Source: Mantamonas sphyraenae STR306 (taxonomy: Eukaryota; Protista; CRuMs). From it: DNA of 64,000 bases. The stretch covers positions 62,001-126,000 of the forward strand of contig JAPMXV010000002.1 in assembly GCA_026936335.1 (NCBI GenBank), written 5' to 3'. Position 1 is the first letter of the stretch, and every line of letters begins with the position of its first letter. Under the pieces are notes generated by a model. That model was given only the letters and a program-made list of their open reading frames with translations. It searched no databases and had not been told where the DNA came from. The position numbers and the translations under genes were made by a program. Below are positions 50,300-63,088 of this stretch, in pieces.

Positions 50300-52641
50300 A
50301 TGGACGAGAACGAGCAGCAGCAGCAGCAGCAGGACACGTCTGCACATGCACTCAGGGAGATGCAACGGATGGTCAACAATCTGAGTCTGCTGAGTGACCA
50401 CAGTCAGGAGCACGGCGACGAGGACGATCTGCACGACGAGGACGAGTCCTCGCTCTTCTCCTTGTCCTCCTCCAACCATCCAAAGGGCTCCCACTTTTCC
50501 TTTGACGCCAGCGCGATTGCATCGCCGCAGGAAGTCAAGGAGAACAACAGTCTGAACATGATGGACACATCGCAAGTCTCCATGCGGGAGCAAGGGCAGG
50601 TGGGTTTTCGCGCCAAATTCCCATTTTTCAACTGGGCAACGGCTCTTCGCCTCGTTGCGGCTCTAGCTCACAGGGTGCACACACACACACACACACACAC
50701 TGCACACAGCTGCTGGAGGCAACTCGCAAGGAGAACTTTGAGCTGAAGATGCAGCTGTTCTACCTGGAAGAGCGACTTCGTCACGGGGGACAGCATCACA
50801 AGCACGGCAAGGCGGGCAACAGCGAGGAAGTGGGCATGGCACAGCTGCAATTCCAACTGCAGTATGCCACGGAACAGCTGGAGCAGCGCAACACGCTCCT
50901 GGTCAAGGCACGGACGGCCATCCAGAAGCTGCAGGAGCAGGTGCACGAGCTGAGTCACGACAAGCTGGTGCTGGAGGGCAAGTTGGAGCACATCCAGTCT
51001 CGGTATGGGAACGGCGGCGGCAATGGCAGTGGCAAGGCTGGAGGAGGCGTTGACCTGGACAGCAGTGTGGGATCGCCCTCGGCAGCTGTGTACCGTCAGA
51101 AGGAACAGTTGCAGAGGCAACTGGTGGACACACAGGCCGAGTTGCGCAAGGTGCAACTGAGCGAGCAGAGGGCGCGTGCAAACGCAGAGACGTCCCAACA
51201 CAAGGCAGAGGAGGCACGGCAGAGTGCTCGTCGTCTGGAGGGCGAGTTGGATGAGAAGAACAAGATGATCCAGGAGATGTTGGCGGCGTTGCAACGCAAG
51301 GAGGCAGAGGAGGAGGAGTTGGCTCGCCAGAGACGTCTGTTGGATTCCCAGAAGGATACACATGCATCTCAGATTGCCCTGTTGGAGAGCAGGGTGGCAG
51401 GGGCACGGGAGGAGGCCCAGCGGGCAAACGACGAGTTGCGGCGATGCCAGCGAACGTTGCGCGAGACCAGCCACCAGCTCAGCACGGAGCGGGGGGTCAT
51501 CACGTCGTTGCACACGCAATTGGAAGAGACACGGGGCCAGGTGGAGCAGGTGACGCGAGAGTTGGCACGGGAGCAGGAAGCGAGGCAGGAGGAGGCAGAG
51601 TTGGCATTGGCAGAAGCCTCTGCGTCTCATCATGGCCAGCAGAAGCAAAAGGAGAGTGAGCAGCAGAGGGGACAGTATGACGAGGATGACCACTTGATGA
51701 TGTTGAGTCTGTCGCATCTGCTGTCGTACGTGCACCGCGGGCTGGGGGAGATTCTGCATCCGGGACAGGAGAGGCGTCTGCAGCTGGGGTGTTCGATGTG
51801 CAGCGACAACGGACAGGTGGAGGATGGCAGTGGCGACGGCAAGTGTGTGCACCACCCGTACGTGTTTGACGAGGGCACGGGACGGCTGCAGTGGGCAAAC
51901 GAGGCGTTTGAGGCGTTCCGTCGCCGTGTGGAGGAGAGGGTGGGTGAGTTGGGCCGGAGCACACAGGCCCTGGACGTGTTTGCAGACAACATGGAGGCAC
52001 TGTGGAGGCAGAGGGCAGACGAGTTTATGGCACGGATTGATGGGCAGCAGGCAAGGGTGCACACGTGCGAGAGTCAGCAACAGACGCTGGCACGTGTGTT
52101 TGAACGGCAAATCATGCACAAGCAGAGCACGATGGAGGAGCAGATGCAGAAACTGCAGGAGCACTTTGTCAAGGATCACAAGAACAAGAAGGAGCGGATT
52201 GCACAGCTGGAGGCAGCGTTGGAGGCGGCCACACGGGAGAATGGTGGCGAGGGGGGGATGATGATGCTGGTGGAGGGCAAGGAAGGAGGAGGACGCGTGT
52301 TGAGTGAGGAGGAGGCACGGCGGGTGGAAAAGATCAAAGAGAGCAACCGGGTGCTGATTCTGGAGTTGGAGGAGAAGCGGCACGAAAACACAACACTGCA
52401 GAGGGAACTGCGCAAGAGCAAGGCCCAGGCGAAGAAACATGAACACAGGCTGCAGATGGTGGAGGCCAATCTGGCCAAGATTGTTGTCCAACGGCAAGGG
52501 GCCTCCAGGCAGCAGCAACAACAGCAACAACAGCAACAACAGCAGCAGCAGCAACAGCAGCATCATTCGTCGTCGTCGCTGTCACTGGAGGAGCGGGTAG
52601 AGGAGGCATTGGAGTCACAGGGAGTCAAATTCACGTTTTGA
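50300..52641 (+). CDS. Centrosomin motif 1 (CM1/Cnn_1N) coiled-coil protein, CDK5RAP2/Mto1-like gamma-tubulin complex receptor; intron 50600-50709
   Basis: Spliced VSMREQGQ|LLEATRKENFELKMQLFYLEERL matches the CM1 consensus and is followed by a long coiled coil. Confidence 0.85.
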
Positions 52642-52649
52642 TTGTTGCC

Positions 52650-54444
52650 TCAATCTCCGTTCCACTCAATGTCGTAGGTGGAGCTCTCGAAAATGGAGAT
52701 GCGGTACCACAGAGCAATGAGGGCGCTATAGGCGACGGGGAGGCCCTGGAGAAGGGCGGGTTTGGGGTCATGGGGATCAAAGACGACATCACGGCAGGAG
52801 ACAAAGAGGGAGGCCCAGCGTTGGAGGGCCTTGGCAACAAAGGCAAGGTGGGTGGGATTCTGCCATCCTGGGCCACGGGGACCAAAGAGGTTGAAGAGAA
52901 CCAAGGCAGCAGAGACGGCGGGAGCGACGGTGTGTTGCGGGTCGGGACACACGATCGGTTGCGGTGGTAGGGTGTCTGCACCGGGTCGCAGGCTGGCAAA
53001 CTGGGTGAAGCAGTTGACAAAGGAGGCAGTGACGGGATGGGGAGTGGACGACGAGCCAGTGCCTGGGTTGAACAGATGGATGCCACACGTGGAGCGTGGG
53101 TTGCACTCGATAAAGTACCACGCAGGCGAGATATTGCTGCTGCTGCTGCTGCTGCTGCTGCCCTCTCCATCCTCACCTCCACTGGGCACACCGTAGATCA
53201 GGTCAAAGGCGAGTTGTCCAGTGTAGTTTGTGCCACGCACGAGGCGGTCAACGAGGCGCTGGACGGCCTCTTCGCCGGCAGGCTCAAATGCCACCGAGGC
53301 ACCCTGGCCTGCGGTCCAATGGGCATAGTAATCGGCATGGGCAAGCAATTGACCATTGCAAGCAACACCATAGGTGCACAGTTGGACGCCATCGACGTAC
53401 TGCTGGGCGACGTAGGGCACGCGGAGGTGTTGGATTTGGTCTTGGACGGAAGCAGAAACGTCGGCCATGCTCTGGGGTCGCATCAACACGTGTGTGGAGA
53501 AGCGACTGTACTCTGGCTTGAGGACAATGTCGTAGGGCAATGCCAACACGTCCTCCAGCTCCTGGAGGGAGGTGACACGGTGGGTGAGGGGCACTCGGAA
53601 CGGCAGTTGCTGCAGCTGCTCCGTGTCCCGTCCACGCACCACTGGATCACTGTGTTGGGCCAGACGACCCACCAATTGGGCAAATAGCCACTTGGAATGG
53701 AAGTGACGCAGTGTCTCCTTTTCCATGGTGAAGATGGCTGCAGATGGCCGGTGCATCTGGATCACCGGCGCTGCCTCCGAAACCCAGTACAGCTCCTCGC
53801 ACGTCGGCACCACCAGATCCACGCGTTCCATCACAGCCGCACGCTGTTTTCCATGATGTGAGGGGGGGAAGGAGGGGCGAGGGCGTTTGGTGGGGTCAGC
53901 AACGGGGTTGCATGCATGTGTGCAACGCAAGGCGAGCTCGGAAGGAGAGAGGCGAGAAAGGCATGCAGCCGGAATCACCAGGGCCAGGTCCGCCATCGCA
54001 TGGCATGGATGGAGGGGCAGGCAAACGGGGGGAGTGGGGATGGAACAGTGGACATACCGCAAGGGCCTTTGCGTATTGCCTGGGCTGGCGGTTGGGTCTG
54101 CTCTTGATGAAATAGTGCTTGTCGATGGCGTTGGAACGGTCTGACACGTGCACGCGCTGCGACTCCGCCGAAATCACACGGTGGCCTTGATTGTGGAACA
54201 TACGCGCCAATTCCAAGGTGAAGGGCGAGCGGGTGCCTGTGAGCAGCACCGTGAGGCTGCGTGGCTTGTCATCATCATCACTCTCCACTTGGGCATTGTC
54301 GTTGGACGACGATGAGGTCTTGCTTGGGTGTTGCACCCACGTACGCACAAGCCGCACACAGGACACCACCGCAGCAGCAGGAAGGGCCAGGCACAGCGTG
54401 ATGATCTTCATACACAGGGTCAACACAGAGATCAGCAGGGACAT
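52650..54444 (-). CDS. Bacterial-type ATP-grasp ligase with an N-terminal hydrophobic segment; intron 54057-53844
   Basis: VLLTGTRSPFTLELARMFHNQGHRV, DLVVPTCEE, VLKPEYSRF, QQYVDG, YTGQLAFDLI, IECNPR and terminal TYDIEWNGD. Confidence 0.88.
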
Positions 54445-54566
54445 TTTGCTGAGGAGTACAACGTGTTGGTGGAGGTAGCGCTGGCGATGCCAAGAAACAC
54501 GTTTGGGCGGGCCTTTCCTTCACAGTCCATTTTTTTTTTTGTCGCTGCGTGCACACGTAAACAAGC

Positions 54567-57500
54567 ATGGCTGAGGAAAAGAGAGCAAGCGTGCTGACTT
54601 TGGAGGAGGAAATGGCGCGTCTGAGCATGGAGGGAGCCACGGAACGCAAGTACGGCGAAGACCTGACGTACTTGCTGAACAACCGTGAGCGAGCGGACGT
54701 CACCTTCCTTGTGGGCAACCGACGCTTCCACGCACACAAAATGCTGCTTGTGCAACGTTGTGGCTACTTCAAACACCTGCTTACGGAGAAGCTGCAGCAG
54801 CTCAATGGCATGTTCTTGGACATTGAGATACGAGACACCACCCCAGACGTCTTCTACACCGTCCTACGCTACATCTACACCTCAAAGGTCGACCTCAACG
54901 AGGACAACTGTTGGGATATCTTCTTTGTCGCCGAAACCTTTGATCTCGATGGTCTCAAGGAACTGGTACGTGGCTCTCCACCGCCAGCCGTGGGGGGGAT
55001 GCCCCTTTTACTATTTTTTTTTTTGTGCCCCCTTTTTCGCAACCGTGGCCTTTGCGCCTGCAACCACCGCACTACAAATGCAGGTGTGGTGCAGTCAGCT
55101 GCGCGTGGCATGTGTGTATGATCGTGCATGTGTGTGTGGAATGCGGGTGCGCACACACGGCGTTTGCGCGGGAGGGGAAAAACGGAAGCTGGGAGCTCCC
55201 GTCTTCTTTTCTTTGCCTCGCACACGGAGGCGGCAACGGGACGCGGTGTGCATGCGCGTCCAGTTAGACAGCATGTATGCACAGTGTTTGCGATGAAGAG
55301 AATGGGTGTTGGGGGCCGATCATGAACGGAGGCAGGGAGCAAAGCTTGTTCGCTGAACGAAGTTGCGACGAATTTTGTTGTGTGCTCGTCGAGACACAGG
55401 CACGCGCGCACGGGAGGGTTAGGGAGAGCATCGCAAGTGCTGACACGCGTGTGTGGACACCACGTGTGCGTACAGTGTGAGGATTACATTGCGGCGCACC
55501 TTGTGGTGGAGAACGTGGTGGAGTTTTGGGTATTCGCGACAACCAACCAGGCCTTGCGCCTGCTGAAGAAGTGCCACGAGTTTTTCGTGGACAACTTTGA
55601 GGAAGTGGTGCAAACACGTGAGATGCACCGGTACGGGAACCAGTTGTTGAAGGAGACGATGCATTCGAACGACCTGGAGCACGATCTGGGACAAGACGTG
55701 CTCAACCTGCTCCTGCAAGCCGAGGTGGACTTCCAACGCAGCGGAGGACGTGACTCGCACGGATGGACGTCCATCGAGGGCTCGGTGGTGGTCAGCACGT
55801 CGTCCAGCACCGGGAGCACACGTACAAACTCGCGCGTGAGTTCGCGACGCGGCTCGTGGGGCACTGTGCCGCGAGCTGGGAGCTTGCTGATGTCCACGCA
55901 GGGGTCGATGTCGGAGGAGGGGTTGGCATTGGATCAGCTCAGCGGAGGCATGGACACGATGGAGACGGAGTTTGCGGGAGGGGCACGGCAAGGACAGGAG
56001 GAGGTGGTATGGTGCGACAAGACTCGTTGGAGAGGCAGGCGTGGATGAGCAGGACGGTTTCAGGACGCGGTGGACGAGGCAGTGCGAGTCTGGACACGCC
56101 AGCGACTTACTTTGACCACGATGGGGCGTGGGCAGAGCCTACGGGAGGGGTGATCAAGTCGCATTCCCACGACGCCGGTCGCTCGGTGATGCACTTTCAC
56201 AGCAACGCAAGCTCCAGGGTGCAGTCGGGCACCACCACCCCGTTTGAATTTGTCTCCAAGCTGGAGCGGCTCACGTCGAGGAGTATCAACCGTGCGTTGC
56301 GGCAGGCGGGATTACACGATGGCGGCGGGTACGGCGGCGGTCGCACCCAGCTCCGTGATTCAAACAGCAGTAGCGGTGGAAGCGGCGGAAGCGGAATGAG
56401 GCGTGCTAATAGTGGTGCTGGGGTGGAGGACACGGGCTTCAGCAACTTTCACCATGATGCAATGATGGACGACTTGCTGAACTTTGACGACGGCGAGGGC
56501 AGGACTGTGCTGACCGAAACCATGTTTACAGAGTTGGACGACGACGACGACGAATTGAACCCGGAAGAGGAGGCGGCATTGGCAGAGGCAAACGCACAGG
56601 CGGCACTCACGCACCGTCTGTATCCCAAGCCAGGTTTGGACGAAGACGGTGGAGAAGACCATGACGAGCCCACGATGATCGACATCATCATCATCATCGT
56701 CGTCATCCACACCTTTTTCATCCTCATCGTTTCTACACGAGTCTCAGCACACAGACACAAACGACGACCTGGACATGGACGAGGTGGGAAGCCAGTCGAC
56801 GTTTCAAGACTCGCCGCTGCCCGCTGGGCACCTGCTGTCGTCGTCTGGTGCAAACACCGGAAAGGCAGGGCAACAGGGCCCAATGGTGGCACAAGGTTCG
56901 GCAGTGGGTGGTGGTAGGCATGGCCACACCAACAACAGCAACAACAACAGCATCAACGGTGGCAACCATGGATTGGGACGCCTGTCGAGCCAGCTGCTGT
57001 TCAGCAGGCAATCGTTTGAAAACTGCTACGGCGTTTCGTTGCCCGAGGTGATGAGCACACTGGAGGACCTGCTTGTGTCGACGCCGGGTCTGCTGGGGTG
57101 CGAGGACACGGTGATCTACATGCACGACCGGGAAACCAACGAGTTGTGCACGCTGGTGAGTGTGGGTGAAGGACGCAAGGCTCAAAAGATCCAAATCGGA
57201 TTGCCGTCGTCGATGGGCATCATTGGCGCGGTGTTTACGCGCGTGCGTGCAGAGGCGGTAGACGATGTACAAAACGACGACCGCTTCTCCAAGGACGTGG
57301 ACCAGAAGCCGGGCACGACGACAGAAAACATGCTGTGTGTGCCCATTGTGGAAGGAGACGGCGACGACGATTGCATCGGAGTCATTGCCTGTCTGAACAA
57401 AGCCAAGGGCGACTTTGCAGAGTCTGACCTGGTCCACCTGCGCATGGTGGCCTCGCTGGCAGCACTCAACCTGCGCCAAATGGTGATGCACCGCAAGAGG

Positions 57501-58260
57501 CAACAACAGCTGGAACTGTACAAGGCACAGTCTCGCACAGGCAGTGCAGCAAGCACCCAGAGCGATCGCGAGCAAACCTACCAATCGTTTGGCAGCGAGG
57601 ACGAAACAGGACACATCAGCGGCGACGAGGGCGACCAAGGAGACGCCATGGACCAGGAAGTACGCAGGGAATTGCGTGGTGGCATGAGGATTGGCGACCT
57701 GGGGGAGCCTGGAGGCGAACGACGCATGAGTGGGCTCATTGGCAGCCAGACACAGGTGTTGCTGGAGATGGACCAGAAGCAGGTGCAACGTGCGTTGACA
57801 GGCGACCCGGTGTTGATGGACAGGGAGCAGTTGGAACGTGTAAAGGGACGCATGCGAGCCGAGGCGGCCAGGATGCGTGCGAGGGCAAATCGCGACCAAG
57901 ACGGCGGGGGGGGAAGAGGATGAGGAGGAGGAGGAGGAAGAGGAAGAGGGTGAGGAAGAGGATGAGGATGAGGAGGATGAGAGAGGGCTGTTGGAAGGAG
58001 GCAAGCGAGAACGAGGGTCGGACCTGTCGTTGGATGCGTTGCGGGAGAACATGGAGAGCCAGGCGTTGGCACGTCTGATGGACCAGGCCGAACTGTTTGG
58101 GCGACGCAACAGTGGCAATTTGCCCAAGGACGAGGGCGAGGGCGAGGGCTCCTCTGCAGACGGCGGCTACTTTTCGTTTGTGGACGAGGTGGTGCGGGAC
58201 AACAAGAGGAGGCGCACGAGTGACTATGCTCCCATCTTCCATTTCACAGCACGGCGATGA
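54567..58260 (+). CDS. BTB/POZ(-BACK-like) protein with a C-terminal GAF domain; intron 54966-55475; apparent frameshifts ~55975, ~56680, ~57905
   Basis: ADVTFLVGNRRFHAHKMLLVQRCGYF, FYTVLRYIYT and LKEL|CEDYI. GAF: MGIIGAVF..VDDVQNDDRFSKDVDQKPG..NMLCVPI..IGVIACLNKAKGDFAESD. Confidence 0.75.
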
Positions 58261-58352
58261 ATGTGTGTGTGTGTGTGTGTGGGAAGGAAGGAGACGATGT
58301 AAAAAATTGCTGTGTGGTGGACCCAACTCAAAACACATCATTTGCACAGAGC

Positions 58353-60883
58353 ATGAGCCGAAAGCTGCAGCTGGACGGGACTGCGTCGTCGCTGCGGCGG
58401 ACGGGCTCTGTGACGCAGGAGAGTGCGGTGGAGGTGTTGTGCGATGCATTGGTGGAACAGGTGATGGCTGGACAGGCATCAAGCGAGGCAGTGGTGCAGT
58501 GGGCGAGGGAAGAGAGCGTAGGTTTTTGCGGCGGGTGTGATCACGAGCACGAGCACGAGCAAACACACACACCACCAACAACTGACACCAATCCACGATG
58601 ATGATGTGCATACGCCATGGAACAGCATTTGATGCACACGGAGCAGTTGCCTGTGTTTGTGGATGTGGTATGCAAGGAGCACGGAGGCAGCGAGTTTGTG
58701 GAGGAGCTGGGCAGGGAACTGGGGCTGCCCGAGGAAGGAGGGACTCGCAGCGGAGGGATGGTGGATGCCATGGGAAGGCGTCTGGAGCATCATGTACATG
58801 TGATACTATGTGAACGACTGGTGCAGGGGGTGCGCACAAGGGTCAAGGCAGGGGTGGTTGCAAGCAGGCAACAACACAACTCGGGAGCGCAGGCCAGGAG
58901 AAGGCAAGCAAGGCGCAGGCTGGAGGCAGACGAGGACAATGGAGCGGCATCTGGGATGGGTGCAAGGAGAAGGGAAGGGGAGAGACGGGACTCGTCACAG
59001 GAACAGGAACAGGAACAGCAGCAGCAGCAGCAGCAGGGGGAACTTGGAGCCGAGGAGGAGCGACAACACTACGCAAAGCTGATCAGATGCTGTGCGGGGG
59101 CGTTGGATGCACTGGCCGAATTGTATGCACGGCTGGTGATTGGAGGCATTGGTAGCAACGCACTGGTCAACGAACTGTACCTTGTGTGTTCACTGTGCAG
59201 TATGCCGGTGCCTTTGTTGAAAGACCTGACTCGGGGTGAATCACCCACCTGCACCCCATCCTCCCCCTCCTCCTCCTCCTCCTCCTCATCATCATCATCA
59301 TCATCCACACAGGGAAAGGGGAGATTGGACAATATGCTGCATCTGTGCTACCTGGGTGCACGATGTGTGGCCCAATTGCAGCCTGTGATGGAACACGTTG
59401 GCAAATCCCTGCTGGGTGCCCTGCTCAACTGCCGTGCACTGGATGTGTATGCATGGGAATGCCTTGAAGAGATGCGCATGCGATACGGTGGTGTGCAACA
59501 AGCCTTCCACGGCCTGTGGTCTGCGTCCAAGCGCCCCTACGCGTTTGCGGCTGAACGGGACTCGCGCCTGCTGTTCAAGAACAACACGGCAGTGCCAAAT
59601 TCACGCGAACGAAGCCTGGACTCGTTTCGAAGCCTCCAGGAACAGTGGATGCGAGACAGGGCGTCGTTGACATTCGCAGCGGTGGGGGAACTGTTGTACG
59701 AAGATCTGCTGAAGGAGAATCGGTTCTGGTTTGCCAACCAGTTCCTGGAGAGCATGGTGGCTGCACACATGCCACGCAGCAAATCAGCAGACAATGCCAG
59801 TGAGGCACAGGAGTTGCGTTTGGGTGCATCATTGCAACGGCATGACACGCCAGACTTTTTCATGGAGTTTATCCGTGCCAGCGACTCCTACTGGCTGTGT
59901 TGGCACTTGCAGAGCTGCATGCGGGTGCGCATGAAGCAGTTGATTGAACAGGGAACACAGATGGTGGTGGTGAATCCGCAAGGGACCTCGTCGTCGTCCT
60001 CCACGTCCTCCACAGAGGTTCAACGGCAGCAGCAACAGCAGCAGGTGGACCTGACCATGGTTGTGCTGGAGTTGTGTGTATACGCACGCTACCTGGGCTT
60101 CCTGCATTTCCAGTGGACACCGTACGAGGAGCAAGGGCGGGCCAAGAACAACAAGGGCATCCAGCACGACATGGAGGGCAAGGTGTCTGTGGCGGCACAG
60201 GACAGTCCGTGTCGTCCGGATGTACTTGCGTGGCTGGTGGAGGGCATGGAGACACACACCCTTGTGCTACACGTGCCCTGGGTGGTGGAGTTTCTCAAGC
60301 CACTGAGTGAGGATAGGGTGCAACTGCGCACGGCATACATCAACCAGACATTGGATCTGCTAGCATGCATCCGTTACAACCTGATGCAATGGTTGACCCA
60401 CGGCCACCTGCTGGTGTGTGTGAAAATCGAAGAGCTGTTTGACATGTTGCCCCTGTCGGACATGCAAGCACGGCACCTGCACGCACAGACCCTTTTCGAT
60501 GCCCATTGGCGTCCCTATGTACGCCCCAGGAACCGCATCGACACATCGACGAGCAGCTCCGAGGGAGAGGACGACGAGGATGAGGATGAGGACGACGACG
60601 AGGCCGACGACGTAGACGAGCACAACCAACACCCGCAGGTGGAGGCGGACGAATCGATGCCAGCATTGACACCGTCTCCCTCGCAGGCAAAACGGCAGGG
60701 CTTTTCGTCATCAGACAGAGGTGGAGGCGATGGGGGACTGGATTATGTGCCTGTTCTGCTCAACGTGCACTTCCTGCAGTATGCCTGCATCGGGATGTAC
60801 CAGGTGCTGCAACTGCTGACACCCCAACCCCTCGTAAGCACTCGAGAGAAGGGTGAGGAAAGCCCTGGCGGTGGTGGTGGTGG

Positions 60884-60914
<31 letters not shown>

Positions 60915-63088
60915 CAACAACATGGGTCGGGACAGGGCAAGCGAGCATCGACACGGCCGCACAAACAGAGCAGAGGAAGTGGAGGAAGTGGAAAGGGGGG
61001 TTCGGGGTGTCTGTGCAGGAAGAGGGTGGTGGCAACGACCGTGGTGGGCGTGGGATCATGCAACCCAAAAAGTTGCAACTGACAAAAACAAAAGCGGGTC
61101 AGCCTCAAGCAAAGGGGCGCCGCAGGAGCGAACAGGGACAACAGGGCCATTCGCTGGCCACATCGCCGTCCTCACACTCACCCAGAGCGATGCTGTCATC
61201 CAAGAGCAGAATCAAGGGAGGAGAGGAGGAGAGTAACAACGACGGCAACACGTCCACCTCCACCAACGCTTTGCTGGTGAACACACTGTCGCCGGTCAAG
61301 TCGAGTGTGCACGGACGAACAGCGCCTGGATCACCGTCGAAGAAACGTCGCATCCAACTGCAGAGCCGGGCAATGAGACAGCGTGCGCCGATGCACATGG
61401 ACGACAAGACCATGCGGCTGCATGAGGCATTCTTTCATGTGAACGTGGAGGTGAAGACGGTGGTGGACTTTGTGCTGATGAGTGTGGCACGTGGAGTCAG
61501 CACGCAACTGGAAAGGCGACGTGTGGAACCCAAGCGACAGGCCTATGTGGCTGTGTTCAAGTGGCAGATGCAACAGGTGGCCAAGCTGGGCCAGCGGGAG
61601 AGCAGTGTGCAAGCAAACATCCGTTTGGTGGTGGAGCAGTATGCAGCGGCATGGGAGGTGCATCTGGACGAGTGGTTGCTGGAGGCCCGCGAAGCATGTC
61701 AAGCACGAGTGGAACCCAGTGTGATGGCCTTGGCCAAAGGGATGGCGTCGGATGCGGCGTTGTCAACGGCTGTGAAGCTGACTGTGGAGCAGGCCATGGT
61801 TCAGGTGCACAACCAGCTGGTGTCTGCGCAGCTGGGTTCCACCCTCATGCATGAGTGGAGTCGATTCTGGGAACGGCAGCAGGCCGCATCCAAGCATTCC
61901 ACCACAGGCAGCAGCAGCAGCAGCAGCAGCAGTGGCAATGGCACAACAGGAGGGGCCGACGGTGAGGGTGGGCATGGTGGCAGGGAGCATGGGCATGGAC
62001 GATCGCGGGGTCCGTTTCTGCAACATCAGGAACGGCTGCGCAATGGCCTGGACTCGAGTTTGATCAACACGGGTGCGCTGTTTGACATCATGGTGACGTC
62101 GATGCAACGTGTGTTGTCAGACATGCACATCTACGCACAGGATGCCACCACACACCTGCGTGAAGATGTGCATGCCCTTCGTGCACTGTCCACCACCACC
62201 ACCACCACCACCTCATCCTCCTCCTCCTCCTCGTTGTTGGAATCCCAAGCGGTGTGGAAGGACACACAGGCACAGCAACATTGCGCCGTCATGCTCGTCA
62301 CGCTTTCCACCGTCATGCGAGGACTGCGTGCAGCCAGTGCAGCCGTCGCTGAGGACACACTGGCACAGGATCATTCCACAGGAAGCAGCAGCGCAAGTGG
62401 TGTTGGCGCTGGTGAACAGAGTGGTGGTGGGCGTGTGGGTTCGTTGACAGATGCGAAACGGTCGAAACTGGAGGCCAGGATGATGGGAGGGCGACGGAGA
62501 CGGACGGATGACACACAGGACAGGCAACGGCAATTGGAGTCACTATGCAGGCAAGTGGACGGGCTGGTCAACGACGTGGCGCTAATCCTGCTCTTTGCAG
62601 CCCTTGGTACGGATCAGGTGGATGTGCTGTGGGAGTGGTGTGCACGCATGGCCCGGATGGACGTGTGGCGAACGGTGACGGAACGCACGCGCGTAGTGCG
62701 GCAGCAGGACGAATCGTCGTCGCAGCAGGAGCTGATCACCTCAACCACCAACACCACCACCACCACCAACACAACAACAACAACGACAACGACAGTGCAG
62801 GAAGAAGAGGAGGATTTGGAATCACTGTGGCCAGGGTATGCGTTGGTGCACGAGCTGTGGATCAAGTTGATGCTGTTGGGGGTGGTCAGGAGCAGCGGCA
62901 TGGAGCGAGCGTTGCTACGCATGCTACAGGAAGCAGACAGCCACGAACGCACCGCTGTGGCTCACATGATCCTGGAATTGGTGGATCTGCACAGTGCCGA
63001 GGCCGACGTGCATGGTGGTGACGTGTTCCATCCGCTGCAGTTTGCTCGTGTGCGCCGCTTCGCCCAGCACATTTCCATCGGCCCATGA
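58353..63088 (+). CDS. CDAN1: Codanin-1-like protein; intron 58518-58625; frameshift ~61000
   Basis: ELYLVCSL, LELCVYARYLGFLHF, LVLHVPWVVEFL, GLDYVPVLLNVHFLQYAC and LHEAFFHVNVEVKTVVDFV parallel the conserved codanin-1 blocks; N-terminal AVVQWARE. Confidence 0.8.

Noticed and set aside
55416-55425. GGGTTAGGG telomere-like word
   Set aside because: A single unit, expected by chance.
54966-55475. Possible intronic box C/D snoRNA in the long BTB intron (ATGAAGA..CTGA near 55293-55356)
   Set aside because: Imperfect C box, with no convincing terminal stem or guide identified by eye. An Infernal/Rfam scan would settle it.
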